Origin: Vicugna vicugna
Lineage: Eukaryota
DNA length: 64,000 nt
Reading direction: 5' to 3'
Assembly (NCBI GenBank): GCA_013265495.1
Contig: MU057865.1
Location: forward strand, 310,001-374,000
Below are positions 27,421-42,137 of this stretch, one piece after another (the stretch's first letter is position 1; every line of letters begins with the position of its first letter). The translations under genes and the position numbers were made by a program. The notes under the pieces are model-generated. The model did no database searches. It was given only the letters and a program-made list of their open reading frames with translations, and had not been told where the DNA came from.

Positions 27421-30400
27421 TAAAAAATACGTTTCAGAATACTGTTTTTGTTTTCCTGCAGCATGAAATTGCTGTTTTGCATTTAGCCTGTAGTTAAATA
27501 TGACTCCCCAAAGACAAGTCTATTCTTGCTGCCGCCACCACCAATACATCCCCTGTTGCTCTTTACTGAATGGCCGCTCTGTGCCTAGAATCTTCATCCT
27601 TCTAATTCTCACTAGAAGCTTGCAGAGACATATGATAGTTTCCATTTTAAAGATAAGAAAACTGAAGTTGAGAGAGTCTAAGTGATGTACGCAAAGTTAT
27701 AAAACTAAGAAGTGTGATGGACTTTTATTCAAATCCCAATTCATTTCCTTTAAAAGCTCGTCTTCTCCCCCTAAGATTTTCCTCCTGTCCCATTCCTTTT
27801 TTTTTAAATTTATTTTCTCTAAAATAATTTTTTAAAAATTAAAAAAAATTTCTCCAAATAGATCTCCTGGTCCCTGTTGATTTTTGTACCATTTTAAAGA
27901 CAGGTTTCCCAATTTGTCAGGGATATTTTAAAATTTCTCTCCTCTAGTGCTTTGTAAGACATTGAAATTTCTTAATTACGGTCTTGATTTTTTTTAAGTC
28001 ATTATTTTCAACAATGGGTTGAGTAGACTGGATGCCAAAGGGATCCGTTTGGACTAGCCTTTAAAATAGTTGAAGACTGAGTCATTATTAACTAACACCA
28101 GTTCAAATAACCCCAGAGAACAGTGATGAGGACCATCTCATGTCTTCTTGAGTGGGAATAAGAATTGTGTTGGCCTCTGATGCCTTACTGAAATTCTGTA
28201 ACGTTTATTCTTTGTGTAAACTATGCTCTATCATAGGAGGAGGCTAAACCAATCTAAAGTGCTATGTTGTTCTGGAAACTAGTGATGCCTGCATATTTCA
28301 AACGTGAGGTGATTGCTACCTGATTGATGGCATCTGATGACGGTGTTGAGACTGTTCTGCTATTTCAGGTGCCGATGACAATCTGGCCTCATCTGTCCTT
28401 ATTCATTCATTCTATTCAACAAACATGTATTTAGTTCTAATTATGTAGCAGGTATTCTCCTTGACTGTGGGAATAATAATCCCACGTCTATTGTGGACTG
28501 AGTATCGACTGTGTGCGAGGCACTGAGATAGGTGCTGTGTGTGCGTCGTCTCATTGACTCTTCCCCAGTCCCTCACTGGGTTATTGACCCAGTTCTGCAA
28601 ACGGGAAAACTGAGGCTTAAGGAATTAAGCAGTACGCTCGATGCCACCAAACTTGTAAGCGGTGAACACTTGATCAGTCACACGTATTCCTTGGCTGACT
28701 CATACGTTAAGCAGTTACCAGTCAGGTCAGACCCTTGTGCTTGATTACCTATGTCAGGGTCTTGAGAGGGAGAAATAAGAAAAGTAGGCACTGCACGGGG
28801 GCAGAAGGGAAATGCTCGGGTCTAAGTTGAGGCATCTGAGTGTGGGCTCCTGGGAAGGCACCAGACATCAGGAGAATACTGGGACCTGGCAGTCAGGGGA
28901 GTGAAATTTGAGCATCAGGAGCTTTTTAACAATTTTGCACGTGACCAGATTTGCTGTTACCTTTAGCTGTTGGAGGTGAGCAAAGCAGAGAACAAAGGCC
29001 TGTCTCCTGAAATAGAAATGAACAGCTTCTCTATCTATCTGAAGTTATTTATTCATTTTTTACTATTTAGTCGCCAGAGACCATTTATAATAATGGACCG
29101 CCACCAGGAGCAACGTAGTGGTCCAGAAACAACTATGTCCAGGCGCATCTGTGGGAAGCCAGCTTCTGATCTGCCTTGCGTTGGAATGGGTTCTGAATGT
29201 GGCACACTTGGATTTAATCATTATTTAGCATCACTATTTTTATTAAAGGTGAAATATGCTAAAGAGGATTCAAGCTTGTCAACAAGGCTACTTAGCACTG
29301 CGTGGTTTTCCTTCTCCAATGTGCTTTTGCAAATGTTAAACAGACAAATGATTCCACTGTGATGTGACTAGAAGCCACACGGCTGTAACTCCACGGACTC
29401 TGTGTGTATGTCCCCTGCAATGTCAATTAATTTTGCTTCCTGAACCATATTCTTTCATGTATAGTTTCATCCATGCTGTGTGTTCTGCCCGGAATGATTA
29501 GAGGCCTGCTAAAGTGGATAAAAATAACAAATTAAAAAGAGAAGACACAACAAAACATAATAGCTTTTCAGGAGTGAGGCCAGAACTCAGAGTCTGCTTT
29601 CTTCCCATTTTCTGTGTTTTAATTTGTAGTGTAAATTAATCGCCTTTCTCCCACCCCTTGATAAGAATGGTCTTTTGCACTCTATTAACCCCAGGTTCCA
29701 GAGAGAGGCAATTTCCTAACAGGTGAATTAACACTAGATAACATTACCTCAAATGCCAAGTCATCTAATGTGTAATTGAAAAAAAAAATTTAGGAGGGAG
29801 TAAGGTAGTGTCTTAACATTTTTTTTTAACATTATAAAGGGTCTTTACAAACTAAGTGTAGACTCCCTACCTCCTGAGAGTGATTTGCCTATTAACAAGT
29901 GCAAGAACAACTCCCACTGCCAGCACACAAAGAAATAGCCCCCAATTTCCAATTACTTTTGCCGCTGACAGTTCACTGGACTGTTAAGACGCATTCGGTA
30001 CCATTGTATGGATGTGGCGAAGCCAGGCAGCCCTGTGCGCTTCTCTTTTTGATTATGCAGTAATTAGACTGTTCCACTAATGGAAGGAGGGAAAAAACTT
30101 TCTAGAGGAAATGACATCCAGTGAAGCTTGCTTTGGAAAAGAAGAAAAAATCACTGGCACAAAAGAATAAAGAGTAACCTTTTTGTCATGTACACTGTGA
30201 AAGGTTTTACACGTTAACTAAGCTGCGTTAAGAATGAAAAGTTGGAGTCTCAAATTAGCTCAGGCATAATTGTATGTTTGCTTGCAAATAATAAAGCAAA
30301 TAGGTGATTCAGACAAGCTCATTAGTCAATAACAAGGCCTTTCAGAGATGCGCACAAGACTTCCTGGACGCAGACAAGCATCTCTAAGAATTCCGGATTC

Positions 30401-33400
30401 TGTGTCTCTGCTCCATGAATTCATTGAAGATCCCTTGACAGTATTCGAAGAGTGGGAGCTTGCCCTTTTGTCCTTGAACTGGCTTCACCTGGAGCTCAGC
30501 TCTTTCTCTAGGTTTCTAATGTATTAGTCATCCGATAAAAGTTCCCTTGATTTATTTTTCTGGTAGAGAATTTAATTCCTTCTCCCCTTAAAATTCAAAA
30601 CTCAGTTCCATCTCTCTGCTCTTTCAGTCTTGCCCCCACACCCACAGTCTCCTTTTCCCCTTTTCTTCCCACTTTTTTTTTCCCATTCAACTTTGTATTT
30701 TTAGTATTTTGTGTGAATGTGACATTTTCCTTTTTACCTGTAGAATTTTTTCATTCTCCCTCCCCAGTGTGAGCTGAAAACGGCAGCTCTTTATTGAGTG
30801 CCCTGCAAATGACGGGCACTCTATTGCAGGTATGGATATAACCAAATGTCTCCCTTTATGGTCTTTTAAATTCTTAGAAGCTTGGATACCCTTTGCAGCT
30901 TCTCCATTTTTTTTTTTTGGTTAACTGATATAGTAAAAAGAATTTGAAGGTGGAAAATGTTGAAATTATCAGTTAAATGCATTGCTCTGATGAAAGACAA
31001 TTTTTTTCTGGATTTTCATATATTACTAGTTTATGTCTGATTTATGTCTGATTAAATGTCTGTATAATGGCTCTCTGGCTCTGTTTCTCTTTTATATGGC
31101 AATTAACAAACATTGTATTTTTGGCAGATTTCCATGCTGACCATATTTTTCAAAAAAATTCAGGATCTAGAATTTGATGAAGGATTTTTGTGCCAATGCT
31201 GCCACTGAGAAGCACATGGTTATATTTGGATTATGAGATTGTGAGAGACCTGAATGCTAGAATCTTTCCTTGTTTAGGGGATGACAGGACATTTAAAACG
31301 AGGATCCATGAAGGTTTTCAGCAGGCGGTTGTTATATGGACAAAACATGTACAGTTTTTATTATAAGATTTTTATCTTCATTCTTTTCGTCTCTCAAAAG
31401 AGCATATTTGAAAGAAAATTGAATGAAAGTGGCATTGTTCATGGTACAGCCTGAAAGATAATGTTTTATTAAAAATCACATTTTAAAGTATTTTTCATAT
31501 TAATAGCTAGTTATTTATATCACACACTAAGGTTGGGCTTAAAGCACGTCACAGCTATTATGAACAAATAAGGATGTCATGACACGTTGGTTGGAAAATG
31601 GTGATTTAAGATATGGTCTTCTGTGTCAAGGAACATAATGTAGTTTGAAATTATTTGTGATTCCCTATTATTACCAATGGAGAAAAGGACAAAAAGAAAG
31701 AAGAAAGAAATGGCAATTTAAAAGGGCCCATTTCAAATATAAGATTTTTCATTTCGCCGGTCTTGACTCCTTCTGCAGTTGACATGATTACTATCATTAA
31801 CAGCGTTAGTGTGATTGCCGCCATCATCAGACCCTGCACATCTGGGAATCACAAAAAAAGGACACCATGTGCCTTTGCTCTTGAGGGCCTTTGTTGTCTA
31901 GCATTAAAAAAAAAAACCCCACAAAAACCAAAACCAAAAAACAAACAAACAAACAAAGAGAAAAACAATCAACAAATGCTTAGAAAATGTATTTTTAAAT
32001 TGGTTAAATTACTCTCAGAATGAATTAAATGTTCTCCAGTATATACTTTGTACAGCATAATCTGCTCATTATGAAAATGTGAAACACAGAAACTAAAGTT
32101 GGAAAAGCAGTTTTAACAACAACGAAAAGATAGAGCTGCTCCTCTTTATGAAACATTGGTGTGAATTAATTTTTTTTAAACAGAAGAATGATTTAATTGA
32201 AACGTGTTTTTACATGAACTGGATGGTTCAATTTTAAATTAAGCTTGCAGCAAGTTATCTATTAAACAGGACGCATTTTTGGGGGCAGCAGTGGAAATAA
32301 TTGCTTCCCAACCTTTTTCATATTTGTGTTTAAGAATTTTTTAATCCATATTTTCTTATGTTGGATATTTTTAAAGTTTGACAGCCATTTAAAGTTTGAC
32401 AGTGCAATCTTTTTGCTTCATGGTATAAATAGGGTGTATGTAATAAAACAGATACCTAAGGGCGTTTTTGACTTCAATTCTCAAAACTGAGGGATTTGCA
32501 ACCACTTGCGACCTAGAATAAAGGTACACATTTGTGAATTTATTTAGGATCTCAGATGTAGAGGGTAAATTTTCATCTTCCTCAGTTTACAGCACACCGT
32601 CACCCTGAGTTCACGTAAAAACTCTTTGCTCATTGTAGCCTACTCGTATAATTGTGCCCTTCTCCCACATCCACTTTATTCTGTTTAATGTTGACTTTTT
32701 CATTTGTATTTGTTTTTATAAGATGTATTTTTTTAAATCTGTGAGTGTTTAATGTCTATAAATGCTGTTCGTATCACATTCTCTTTTTATCTTTCTCACC
32801 AAGCACTGTCTATTAAAAACCCACTCATTTTTTGTGAACGAGGATTGGATATTTAATAGTTAGGAAGCAGCTGGCAAGCAGGCAGCCTTGACTTCTGTTA
32901 CAGAGGAAGAGAAGTCTTGGGACTGGAGTACAGAAGCAGGTGTGCCTCAGGAACCCAGAATGTTACATAAAACATCTGAAAGTATCATTATAGCGTATCA
33001 TTAAGTACCCAAGAATGAATTACGTGGTAATATTTGGTAACATCTCAGAGGCAAAAGAAATCAGTAAGGGGTGAAGAAGTAAAAGACATCTAGAAATTAA
33101 AGGAGCCAAGATTTGAATGTGAGTGTCCACAGGAAAAGAGATTTAGGTGTTGAAAGTGGGGTAGGGAGAGAAGGGTAGTGGTCGAGCAATGCGAGTAAAG
33201 GCGGAAACCTGTGGCTACATGATGCAGAGCAGCAAGAGATAATGTAAATGATGCCTAATGGCTCTCTGGCAAGATGGGAAAAGTGTTTTTGCTGTGGACT
33301 TGTTCAGTCTCCTTTGTTTGTATCTATTTCTTTTTATTGGTTGCCCTCTTTCTCTGCTATTATCGAGAGCTTCCCTTATATGGCTGGGGAAGTTGATGGC

Positions 33401-34842
33401 AAAAGCTCCAGCCTACATCCTGTCTGCGAACGGTGATCCAAGAAGAAGTTGTTTTCTCCCCAAAAGTCTGCTTTTATCTAAATTCACGGATAGACTCTTC
33501 TTAGTTGTCCTTGGATACCTTGAACCGGTTGCTGAGGACATGGGAGTGGATTACCACACTTGATCAGGCTTCTACCAGATGCCCAGGTTTGAGATGAGGA
33601 GCAAGCATGGTGAATAATCCCACAAGAGACATGCAGGTGGAGAAAAGGGGACAGACAGTTCCTTCAAGGAAAGAAGGAGCTAGGCAGACAAGAGCAGGAA
33701 ATAACCCACTAAATGTCCCCTTGTGATCCTCACAACAGTTCCAAAGAGGCAGGTGGGACAGGGGTTCCCAATCTCATCAATAGATGAGGACACAGTGGCT
33801 GGTCCAAAGTCAAGGAAATTGTAAGTGGTCAAGCAAGAAACTGATCGAAGTCCACTGAAGATTTTAGAGCAGGGAAGTCAAATGTTCAAAGTGCTATTTA
33901 AGAAAGAGAAACAATATAGAAGTAAGCTCTCACAGTTGTGTTTCATTTTTGAACACAGTTTCTTGAAGTTTGTTTTTTGCCCCCTGCATTCTTATACCCT
34001 GTGAATCAGATGGCAGTTCTCTGAAGGCAAAATTCAGAAAATCAAAGCCAGAGGATTTTCATTATTCAGAAAAAATTAGTGTATATCTAGATCTTAAAGC
34101 ACACATGCTTTCTCTCTCTGTCTCTTTCTTTCTTATTCATAGGCACAGATGCAGTCCTGTTATGTTTATTGAAAGTTGATTGTGTTCCAGGCACCTTTCA
34201 TGTGCCTTGCACACATTATCTCAACTTACCTTCACGCGATGACCTTACGATGCAAGCTCTAATGTTATTCACATTTTATAAGGTCACAGAGAGGTTAAAT
34301 AATTGGCTCAAGTTCACGCAGACAGTAGGTGGTGCAACTAAAATTCATACACAGCCCAGCTGCCAAAACAGATATTCTAACCCACCAACTCATACAGCTA
34401 AATAATATATGTATATTCAGGATAAAATGTGTGTATATTTTACTATTATAGGTATATTTCACATAATTTATCTGTCATTGCTAATACCAGACAATCTATA
34501 TTTAATTTAAAACACATGTTTATTCCATTGGAACTCAGAAGATTCCTTAATTTACTATTCCACTGTTCATGGAAATAAATAGACACACACAGATCTGGAC
34601 AAATGTAAATTTACTTGCCATTAGAACACCAATTCCAATTCTTCCTAAATATATAAAGCCCAGATTCATCATGAAGGCAAATTTCAGATGTCAAATAGTC
34701 TGATTTTCACAGATACATCTGTTACCTATACACGTCTGCCAGGACTGAAATCTTACTAAACTTATTCCTCATGTTTCATCCTGGATATGATTGTTCTTGA
34801 ATTATAATATACAAGACCAGCCCTTAATAGTTGGAAAATAAC

Positions 34843-35052
34843 TTTTTTTTCAATTGAAGTATAGTCAGTTTACAATGTGTCAGTTTCTGGTGCACAGCAC
34901 GATGCTTCAGTCATACATGAACATACATATATTCATTTTCAGGTTCTTTTTCATTATACGTTACTACAAGATGTTGAATACAGTCCTCTGTGCTACACAG
35001 TGTAAACTTGTTTATCTTTTTTATATATAGTAGTTAGTATCTGCATCACGAA
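34843..35052 (-). mobile_element. Short L1 3' end
   Basis: Poly(T) followed by CAATTGAAGTATAGTCAGTTTACAATG. TSD TTGGAAAATAAC at 34831-34842 and 35053-35064. Confidence 0.88.
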
Positions 35053-35335
35053 TTGGAAAATAACATTTTGATGGTAGCTGAGACTTGGGAAAGAAACTCT
35101 GCCTTGGGTCCTGTTAATATTCAGCTGACAAAGGCTACCCCTACTTGTTTCCAGGGAAGATTTTCAATCTGTCTGCAACTAGCTGCCAAAACTTTTGGAT
35201 GAATAGGGAAGAATACAATCACCCAGGTGTTCCACCTGCAAGAGGCCATGCACCCAGCTATTTAGAAACAACCAAGTGCCCAGAACATGAGGGTAACACA
35301 TCTGGAAGATGGTGTGTGTATGTGTTTGTAGGAGC

Positions 35336-35660
35336 TTTTTTTTTAATTGACGTATAGTCAGTTACAATGTGTCAGTTTCTGGTGTATAGCATAATGTTTT
35401 AGTCATACATATACATGCTATATTTGTTTTCATATTCTTTTTCATCATAAGTTACTACAGGATATTGAATATAGTTCCCTGTGCTATACAGAAGAAATTT
35501 GATTTTTTAAATCTATTTTATATATAGTAGTTAACATTAGCAATTCTCAAGCTCTCAATTTATCCCTTTCTACCCTCTTTCCCCCTGGTAACCATAGGTT
35601 TGTTTATTATGTCTGTGAGTCTGTTTCTGTTTTGTAGATAAGTTCATAAATGTCTTCTAC
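35336..35660 (-). mobile_element. Short L1 3' end
   Basis: Same family. Near-TSD TTTGTAGGAG / TTTGGAGGAG. Confidence 0.85.
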
Positions 35661-37954
35661 TTTGGAGGAGACATACTGATGTCATGCTGAAACAATTATT
35701 AACCCTTCTTGTACCCAAGACTGAAAAAAGTGTATATGGTGTAGTTTAGAGGAATGTTTATATACAATCCATATTATGTGTTGGTCTTACTGACAAAATG
35801 TGGATAATTCTACTCAGCATATGTATGAATGCCAATTAACTGATGGCCAACCGTATTTGGATATTGCATATTGAATATTTCATTAATGGTTAATTGAACA
35901 ATATATCCACCTCTAGTTTTCTTGGCTTCCCTCCATCTCCAGCCCAACTTCTAACACTTTATCAAGGTCGTCTAGTCCTAAATGAATTCCAGTGACCAAT
36001 GAATAAAGATAAGAAAACACACCCCACCTCCCTAGCAACTCAAGAAATGTGAATTAAAATAACAAGATACATGGCAGGGATTTTAAAGAGAGGGAGGATA
36101 TGATCAGAATGCTTTGTAAATTAAGCTCAATATGTAAATCATACTGATCTGAGATTTTGAAAAACACGAGCAAAATGTAGTAATTTATTACATGGAAATT
36201 GCGTAATATCCCGGAATAGTGAAATTTTGAAAGCTGATACTGTGGTTCTAATCTTGGATGCATTGAGGTGTCAGAGTCTTAGATGGACAGAGGTAGGGAG
36301 TGGGTTGTGAAGGCAGGAAGAAGGGATCGGACAACAAGGAAGGTGTACAGTCATGGAACTTGGCTCCTAAAGGAAGGTGGACAGAGGCGTGTGGATTGTG
36401 CTTAGGGCGTAGGCTGAAATGCACCCACTCCGCCCTGCAAAGGCTGGTGGCATGGTCTGGGGTGAGGCGTCAGCTAGGAGTCTGGGGGCCCAGAGGCAGG
36501 GCTGTGTTCTGCAGCTGACATATTGTAGATCTCTGGACAAGTCTCTCTACAAAATAACTGAGGTCCAGATACCAGCAGTCTCTCCCCACCACCCAGCATG
36601 TGTATGTAATTAACTTAAAGTTTTATTGTCTGGAATTCACTTAGAAAAATGATGTTGGTATTTGGGGAAGTACCGTGGTAAGACTCAGAGAGAAAGGTGA
36701 GATCCTAACTGGGTCTGCAGGAACCCAAACCACAAACGAAATAACTACGCTGCTCTGAGTTAGAAAGAAATGGAAATTGAGATGCCAGAGAGGGAAGGGA
36801 TATTAAGAGAGGGGAGGAGAGAACAGGCAGTGAGGAGACAAGGGGCTAAGGCCACCCTGCTGAAATGACCTGTTGAAAAAAATCCCTGGCGTGGGTTAAA
36901 AAAAATTGAGAGAACAAGGCTGCTTGAAAGGCTCACATTCATTTTAAAGTTGCTTGTAATTCTGTAATGTAAGCTCCCCCTCCCCGTTCCCCCAGATCAT
37001 TGCTAGCTTCTGATGGGATTTTTCATGGGAACTGAGAAAGGGGCTTAATGCCATACTTGGGTTGATGTGGTGTGGAAGGCAGAGACTCTGAGAAGCAAGA
37101 CAGCCAAGGAGGTCACCATTAGGACATATCCCACCCACCCCCATATTTCCACGAACTTGGAGAAAATCTGGTAAGGGCTTTGGATTTCCACAGGATGCTG
37201 AATGGAGTTTAAGCCAATCAGATATGTTCCAGATTTAAAAAGAATTCTAAAGAGCAGGGAGTCATGAACCCACATCTAAGCTTCTTTATAAGTCTGGAGT
37301 CCTCTTCTCTTGTTAAAATAATAAGTAATTTTTCTCCTTTAAGAAATAGATTTGATGCAACAGCTGAGTACTGTAATAAATTGTCTGAAACCAGTGTGGA
37401 CCATCTGGCTGTCATGAACAGTCTTAAATAAATCAAACCAAAAGAAAAAAAAATCTAAGAAGATGTTAAGTTTCAACTTAAGAGAATGTGCAAGGTTTGA
37501 AAACCACGCTGTCAGACATTGTGACACAGCACTGAGAACACACAGATAAATAAAACCTTCTCCCAGTCCTTGGGAGCACATAGTCTAATGAAAAGATAGC
37601 AAGAAAATGGTTTTAATGGAATTACAAATCATGAGGTTTGGGCAAGGTTTCAGTGGGAACATGGTAGAGAGGGAGGTGTTGACGCTGCCTGGGGAAGATG
37701 GGAAAGACTTCAAAGAGGAGGTTACTTATGATAAAAGCACAATATGACCAGAATCAGGGGCTTAGGTGTCTTCTAGGAAATAAAACAGGTTTCTTGAGCT
37801 GAAATGAATGAAGCACAGACGTAGAGAAAGTCTAATTTTATTAGCATTCTCTCTCTCCCCATTATTCCTACCACAGAAAAACCTAAGCAATTTGGATGAA
37901 GACACATATCTCAAAAATTGTATCTACCATCAGTGTGCCGCATATTACACTGGT

Positions 37955-38340
37955 TGATGTAAGTTAAGCTCTTATGAGAAGCAGACCCCAAATTCAGTGA
38001 CTTAATTCTTGCTTGTAATTCCAGGTACTCCAGGTCAGAAGGCAGCTCTTCCCTGCACAGAGATTTCGGGCTGCTTCTGCCCGTGGCTCTGTCATACCCC
38101 CTGGTATAGTTAAGATCATCAGTCGTCATGTCTGGGTTCAAGAGCAGGGGGAGGGAGAGAGGGTGATTCGGCATACTGCTGCCTGAAAGGCCCCGAAAGG
38201 AGCAGTCTTTCCCTCACATTCTGTTGGCTAGAAAACAGCGCTGTAGCTGATGATGAAGTCGGCTGGCGACAGTAATCCAGTCACGGGCCCCGGAAGGGGA
38301 GACTAGGTTTTGGTGGCCAGCAAGTGTCTTTTGCCACAGA
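37955..38340 (-). mobile_element. Ancient MaLR LTR (MLT1-like)
   Basis: Degenerate MLT1-type strings (CCCAAATTCAGTGACTTAA, CTCACATTCTGTTGGCTAGAA). Confidence 0.5.
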
Positions 38341-38659
38341 TGTAAAATTAAAAATTAATCAAAATATACCATCTGAATATACTTTAACTCCAATCATAAC
38401 TTTATACATAGGGACTACTGATAAAGTAGAAACATTATGCATATTACAATAATAATAATGCAACCAGTCAGTGTTTGAAAGATTCAAAATAATGTAGTGA
38501 AAGCTTCTCTATATACATTTATATATTTCAAAGTATCTTCTTTAAAGTAGATCAGATTTCTTTTTTTAATTTATAAAGAACGATTTTGAATATGGTTCAA
38601 CTGTACTCCCTTCTGGAAAAGCAATTTTTAGACATTGCCAATCATTCACATTAATATAA

Positions 38660-39605
38660 TCTCTGTAGCTTTAGACACTGATTTATTCATTCTATTTGAT
38701 AATAAAAAATAAAGTAACCTAAAATTAAAAAATTGATAAAATATAAACAGTCTAGATCATTCTAAATGGGTCAAAACCTATAAGATAAAAGTTTTCAATA
38801 CACTATGTAAATTTCTTCATGCAGGCTAAAAAAAAAAATGAATTGCACAACTATGGAATAGGAAAGCCAAATTAACAATGTTCATATAAGAAAAAGAGCT
38901 GGAGATTTTGCTTAAAGATTAACTCAATATGAGCCCACAGTTATGATGTGATTCATAAAAAACAAATAAACACAATGATGAACAAAAAAAGCAAATATGA
39001 TTGTAAACTGCGTCGATATAAATGTACAGGGAGGAAATGAATTACATAATTCAGAATCTTTTAATAGCATTCTGGTGTTTTTAAGAGGACTCTCAGTGAA
39101 CAGAAAGAGTCTAGGATGATAAGGTGACAGTGAGGCAGAAACCATGTTTTTTGAGGATAAGTAGTGAAGAAACTAGGTTCTGTCCTGGAGAAGAAATAAC
39201 ACGATGAGGGAAGATTTTGTGTGCTTGTGTACGTGTTGTGTGGGGTGTGTGTGCATGTGTGTGTGCTGGGGGGCGTATAACGTAGGGAGGATGTGTATTA
39301 AAGTGGTTTTTAAAACTCAAAGAAATTTAAAGTTTAAATGCTTGATAGCCATATGGAAGAAAAAGTAGATTCATTCTCTTCTGCATCATGAAACCAAAGA
39401 AGGAACATTTTGGCTTCATATGATGAAGATTTGAATAGTAACTGAAACTATCCAAGAGTGTTGGAGCAGGCTGCTTGGAGAACTGCTGAGATTCATGTCA
39501 CTGGAAGTGCTTGATCAGAATCTGAATGACCTTCAAGCCTGTTGCAGAGAGGATTTTCTCTTAGAGTGGACTAGATGATGTTTAAAATATATTCTAATTC
39601 TACAA
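38660..39605 (+). mobile_element. L3/CR1 LINE remnant
   Basis: CR1-like strings CTCAATATGAGCC, CCTGGAGAAGA, TGTCACTGGAAGTG, GGACTAGATGA. Confidence 0.65.
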
Positions 39606-39769
39606 GTCACTAAATTTGGCATTATTACTATCTCTTTTCTGGATGATTCAAGCCAAAATAAAATTCCTGTTGTGACTGTGTGACTGAAAGGCCACCACTG
39701 TTCTCTTGGCCAAGAGGCGTAAACAGTGTGGCCAACGTAACAAACATCTTTTCCCAATGGAAAAGCATT

Positions 39770-40720
39770 TTTGAAATTATTAAGCTAGCAGCTTTTTTTT
39801 TTTCCATGAGACGCCATTTTACTGGAAACCGAACACTGACAGGCAAATTATGGTTATTCAGACTTGAGAATTTGGCAGACATTTTCTGAAAACGAACAAT
39901 GTGAATCTGTCACTTCAAGAAAACATGAGCAATATTTATTGCCAATGAAAACATTTGAGCTTTTACACAAAAACTGACAGTACAGACCTTTCATATTTGC
40001 CACATGACTACAATAGCTTCTCAATACTAAAAGAATTTTCTAATGAGGTCAGTGGTGATATTATTAACAAATAGGATTTTTAAAGAATACTGAATAATGA
40101 AATGTGTCAACATTTGGAAGATCAATGAGCCAATATTTTCCAAATGACCAATAAAATATATTATAAAATCACAATGGATAAAAGATCTGCTCAAAGTACA
40201 TGGTAAATCATTAGATTTTTATGTAAAAGAGCACATGAATCTTTGATAGGGTTTGGATTCCACATTGTAAGTAACTTTAAAGAAATAACCACTTGGTGAG
40301 TTTTGGTGTAGTATCAAAGAAGAAGATCTAGAATTATCTGAAATTGCTATTAATACAATTCTCCCTCTTCCTTCTACCTGTTTGAGGTCAAATTTTCTTC
40401 AGGTGCTATAACTAAAATCACACACTGAGATATTGAATGGAGAAGTAGGTATAAGCTGTCTTCTACTAGGGCAGACATTAAAAAGATCATTTTTCATTAA
40501 AAAATGAAAACGATGTCACTCATCTCTACTAGGACAGACATTAAAAAGATAATTTTTCATTAAAAAATGAAAACGATGTCACTCATCTCCCTAAATTCTT
40601 CTGCTTTGGAAAATATAGTTACTTTCCATATAAATATTTTACTTATGTAAATATGCAATGGGTTTATTATTGTTCCTGTAAATAATATTTCAAAAATTTA
40701 ATTTCTAAAGCAGTCAATAT
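39770..40720 (+). mobile_element. hAT-Charlie (Charlie1-like) transposase remnant
   Basis: Relic peptide KLWLFRLENLADIF, plus GAAATGTGTCAACATTTGGAAGATC and GAGTTTTGGTGTAGTATCAAAGAAGA. Confidence 0.75.
40462..40587. repeat. 63-bp tandem duplication
   Basis: TCTACTAGG(G/A)CAGACATTAAAAAGAT(C/A)ATTTTTCATTAAAAAATGAAAACGATGTCACTCATC, two copies. Confidence 0.95.
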
Positions 40721-42137
40721 TTTAAAAAGTTCTCTTTCATTTGTGCTCATTCATCAAACACTTTTAATAACCATGAAGATGGGTGCATTGTCAGATTTTA
40801 CTTTCAATAAAAGGAAGAAAATAGAAGGTCAGAGAGGTTGTGGGACTTGCTCAAGGAAAATTATATATTTATTTATAGTAAATTATAATTCCAATTTAGA
40901 TTTTTTAGCTCTAGACAGATTTTATGCTTTTTTTTTTTTTAAAGTAAAGGTCAGATCAACCCAGAGAAGGACAGTGGCTGAAGAGACACCTGGGACAGCT
41001 GCACTAAGGAGAACACTTAAGGAAATCATTACACTGAACTTGCAACAGTCAAGAGGGGCAATTAGAAGACAATTTGAACTATTCCTCCAATGTGTATTCA
41101 AACATGTGCTGTAGAACTAATATTTTCCTTTACCTTTGCGTGGAAACTAATACATGGTCCATGACTCTTGGTAGATCTGAATCTATAAAAGTGGTTCCAG
41201 CTCAGTGATTATTAAATCCAGCACAGCAATGAAAAAGTGAGACATCTCATGAAATTGTGTCTTCTCTGCCTCCCCGCCCCAAGGTCGGGTCTTGCAAAGA
41301 GCGAAGCAGCTGTGGATCTTTTTCCTTCACCTGTTGCTACCATTCTTTGTTTATTTTCCTTAATATTGGTTCTAATGTTGGGTTGAGGTTTAGGGAGGGG
41401 ACAAGGAGAGTCAGTGGCAGCAGGAAAGTTCTTGCTCGACTGGAAATATCACTGTGATCTGGGGTTTCTACCAAAGGCTGACTCTTTCTCTAGTGGCGGT
41501 GCTTCTGTGGCTCTTGAGAACCCCGCCTCTACCCTCTACTCCCAATCTGAGCATCCTCAAAATGGGTAACTGCATTTTTTTCCCAACTGGTCCCTTGATT
41601 TCCAGGCATCCCATGGTACACATTCTGTTTCCTTTTGCCTGAGTCCCTCACAGTGCCTAGATTTTCATGGCTGTCTAGACGGGGATCCATGACAACCTCA
41701 TATCATCTTTCTAAAAATCTCCTGGTTCACATCTTTTCTACAGGAAGCCTTGTATTTGTGACCCCCCATTGGTGGGAAAGCAGCAAAGTTACAAACTGCA
41801 GTGTTTTATCCAACTGCCCTTACATTATATTTATCCATGTTGAGCCAGACACCAGTTCACAGCATCCTCCAGGTTCTAGGAGACAAATTTCAAGGTCTTT
41901 AGGAGGTCCCACTGAATCACCTCTTTGCAGACCTCAGCTGAAGGCCAAGTTCTTCTTACCCTTAACCTTGGTATGTGTGTTGGGGGTGGGTGTTAGTTAT
42001 ACTCAGAGTACAACACCTCACCAAGTCTTGATGAGAATGAGCGGTTAAGAACTACAAACCCAGTTTCAGAGAAGCCCTTTAAAATTCTACAGAGGGGTTT
42101 TCATGTCACTGTGAAATGTAGCATTTTTGGGGGCCTT

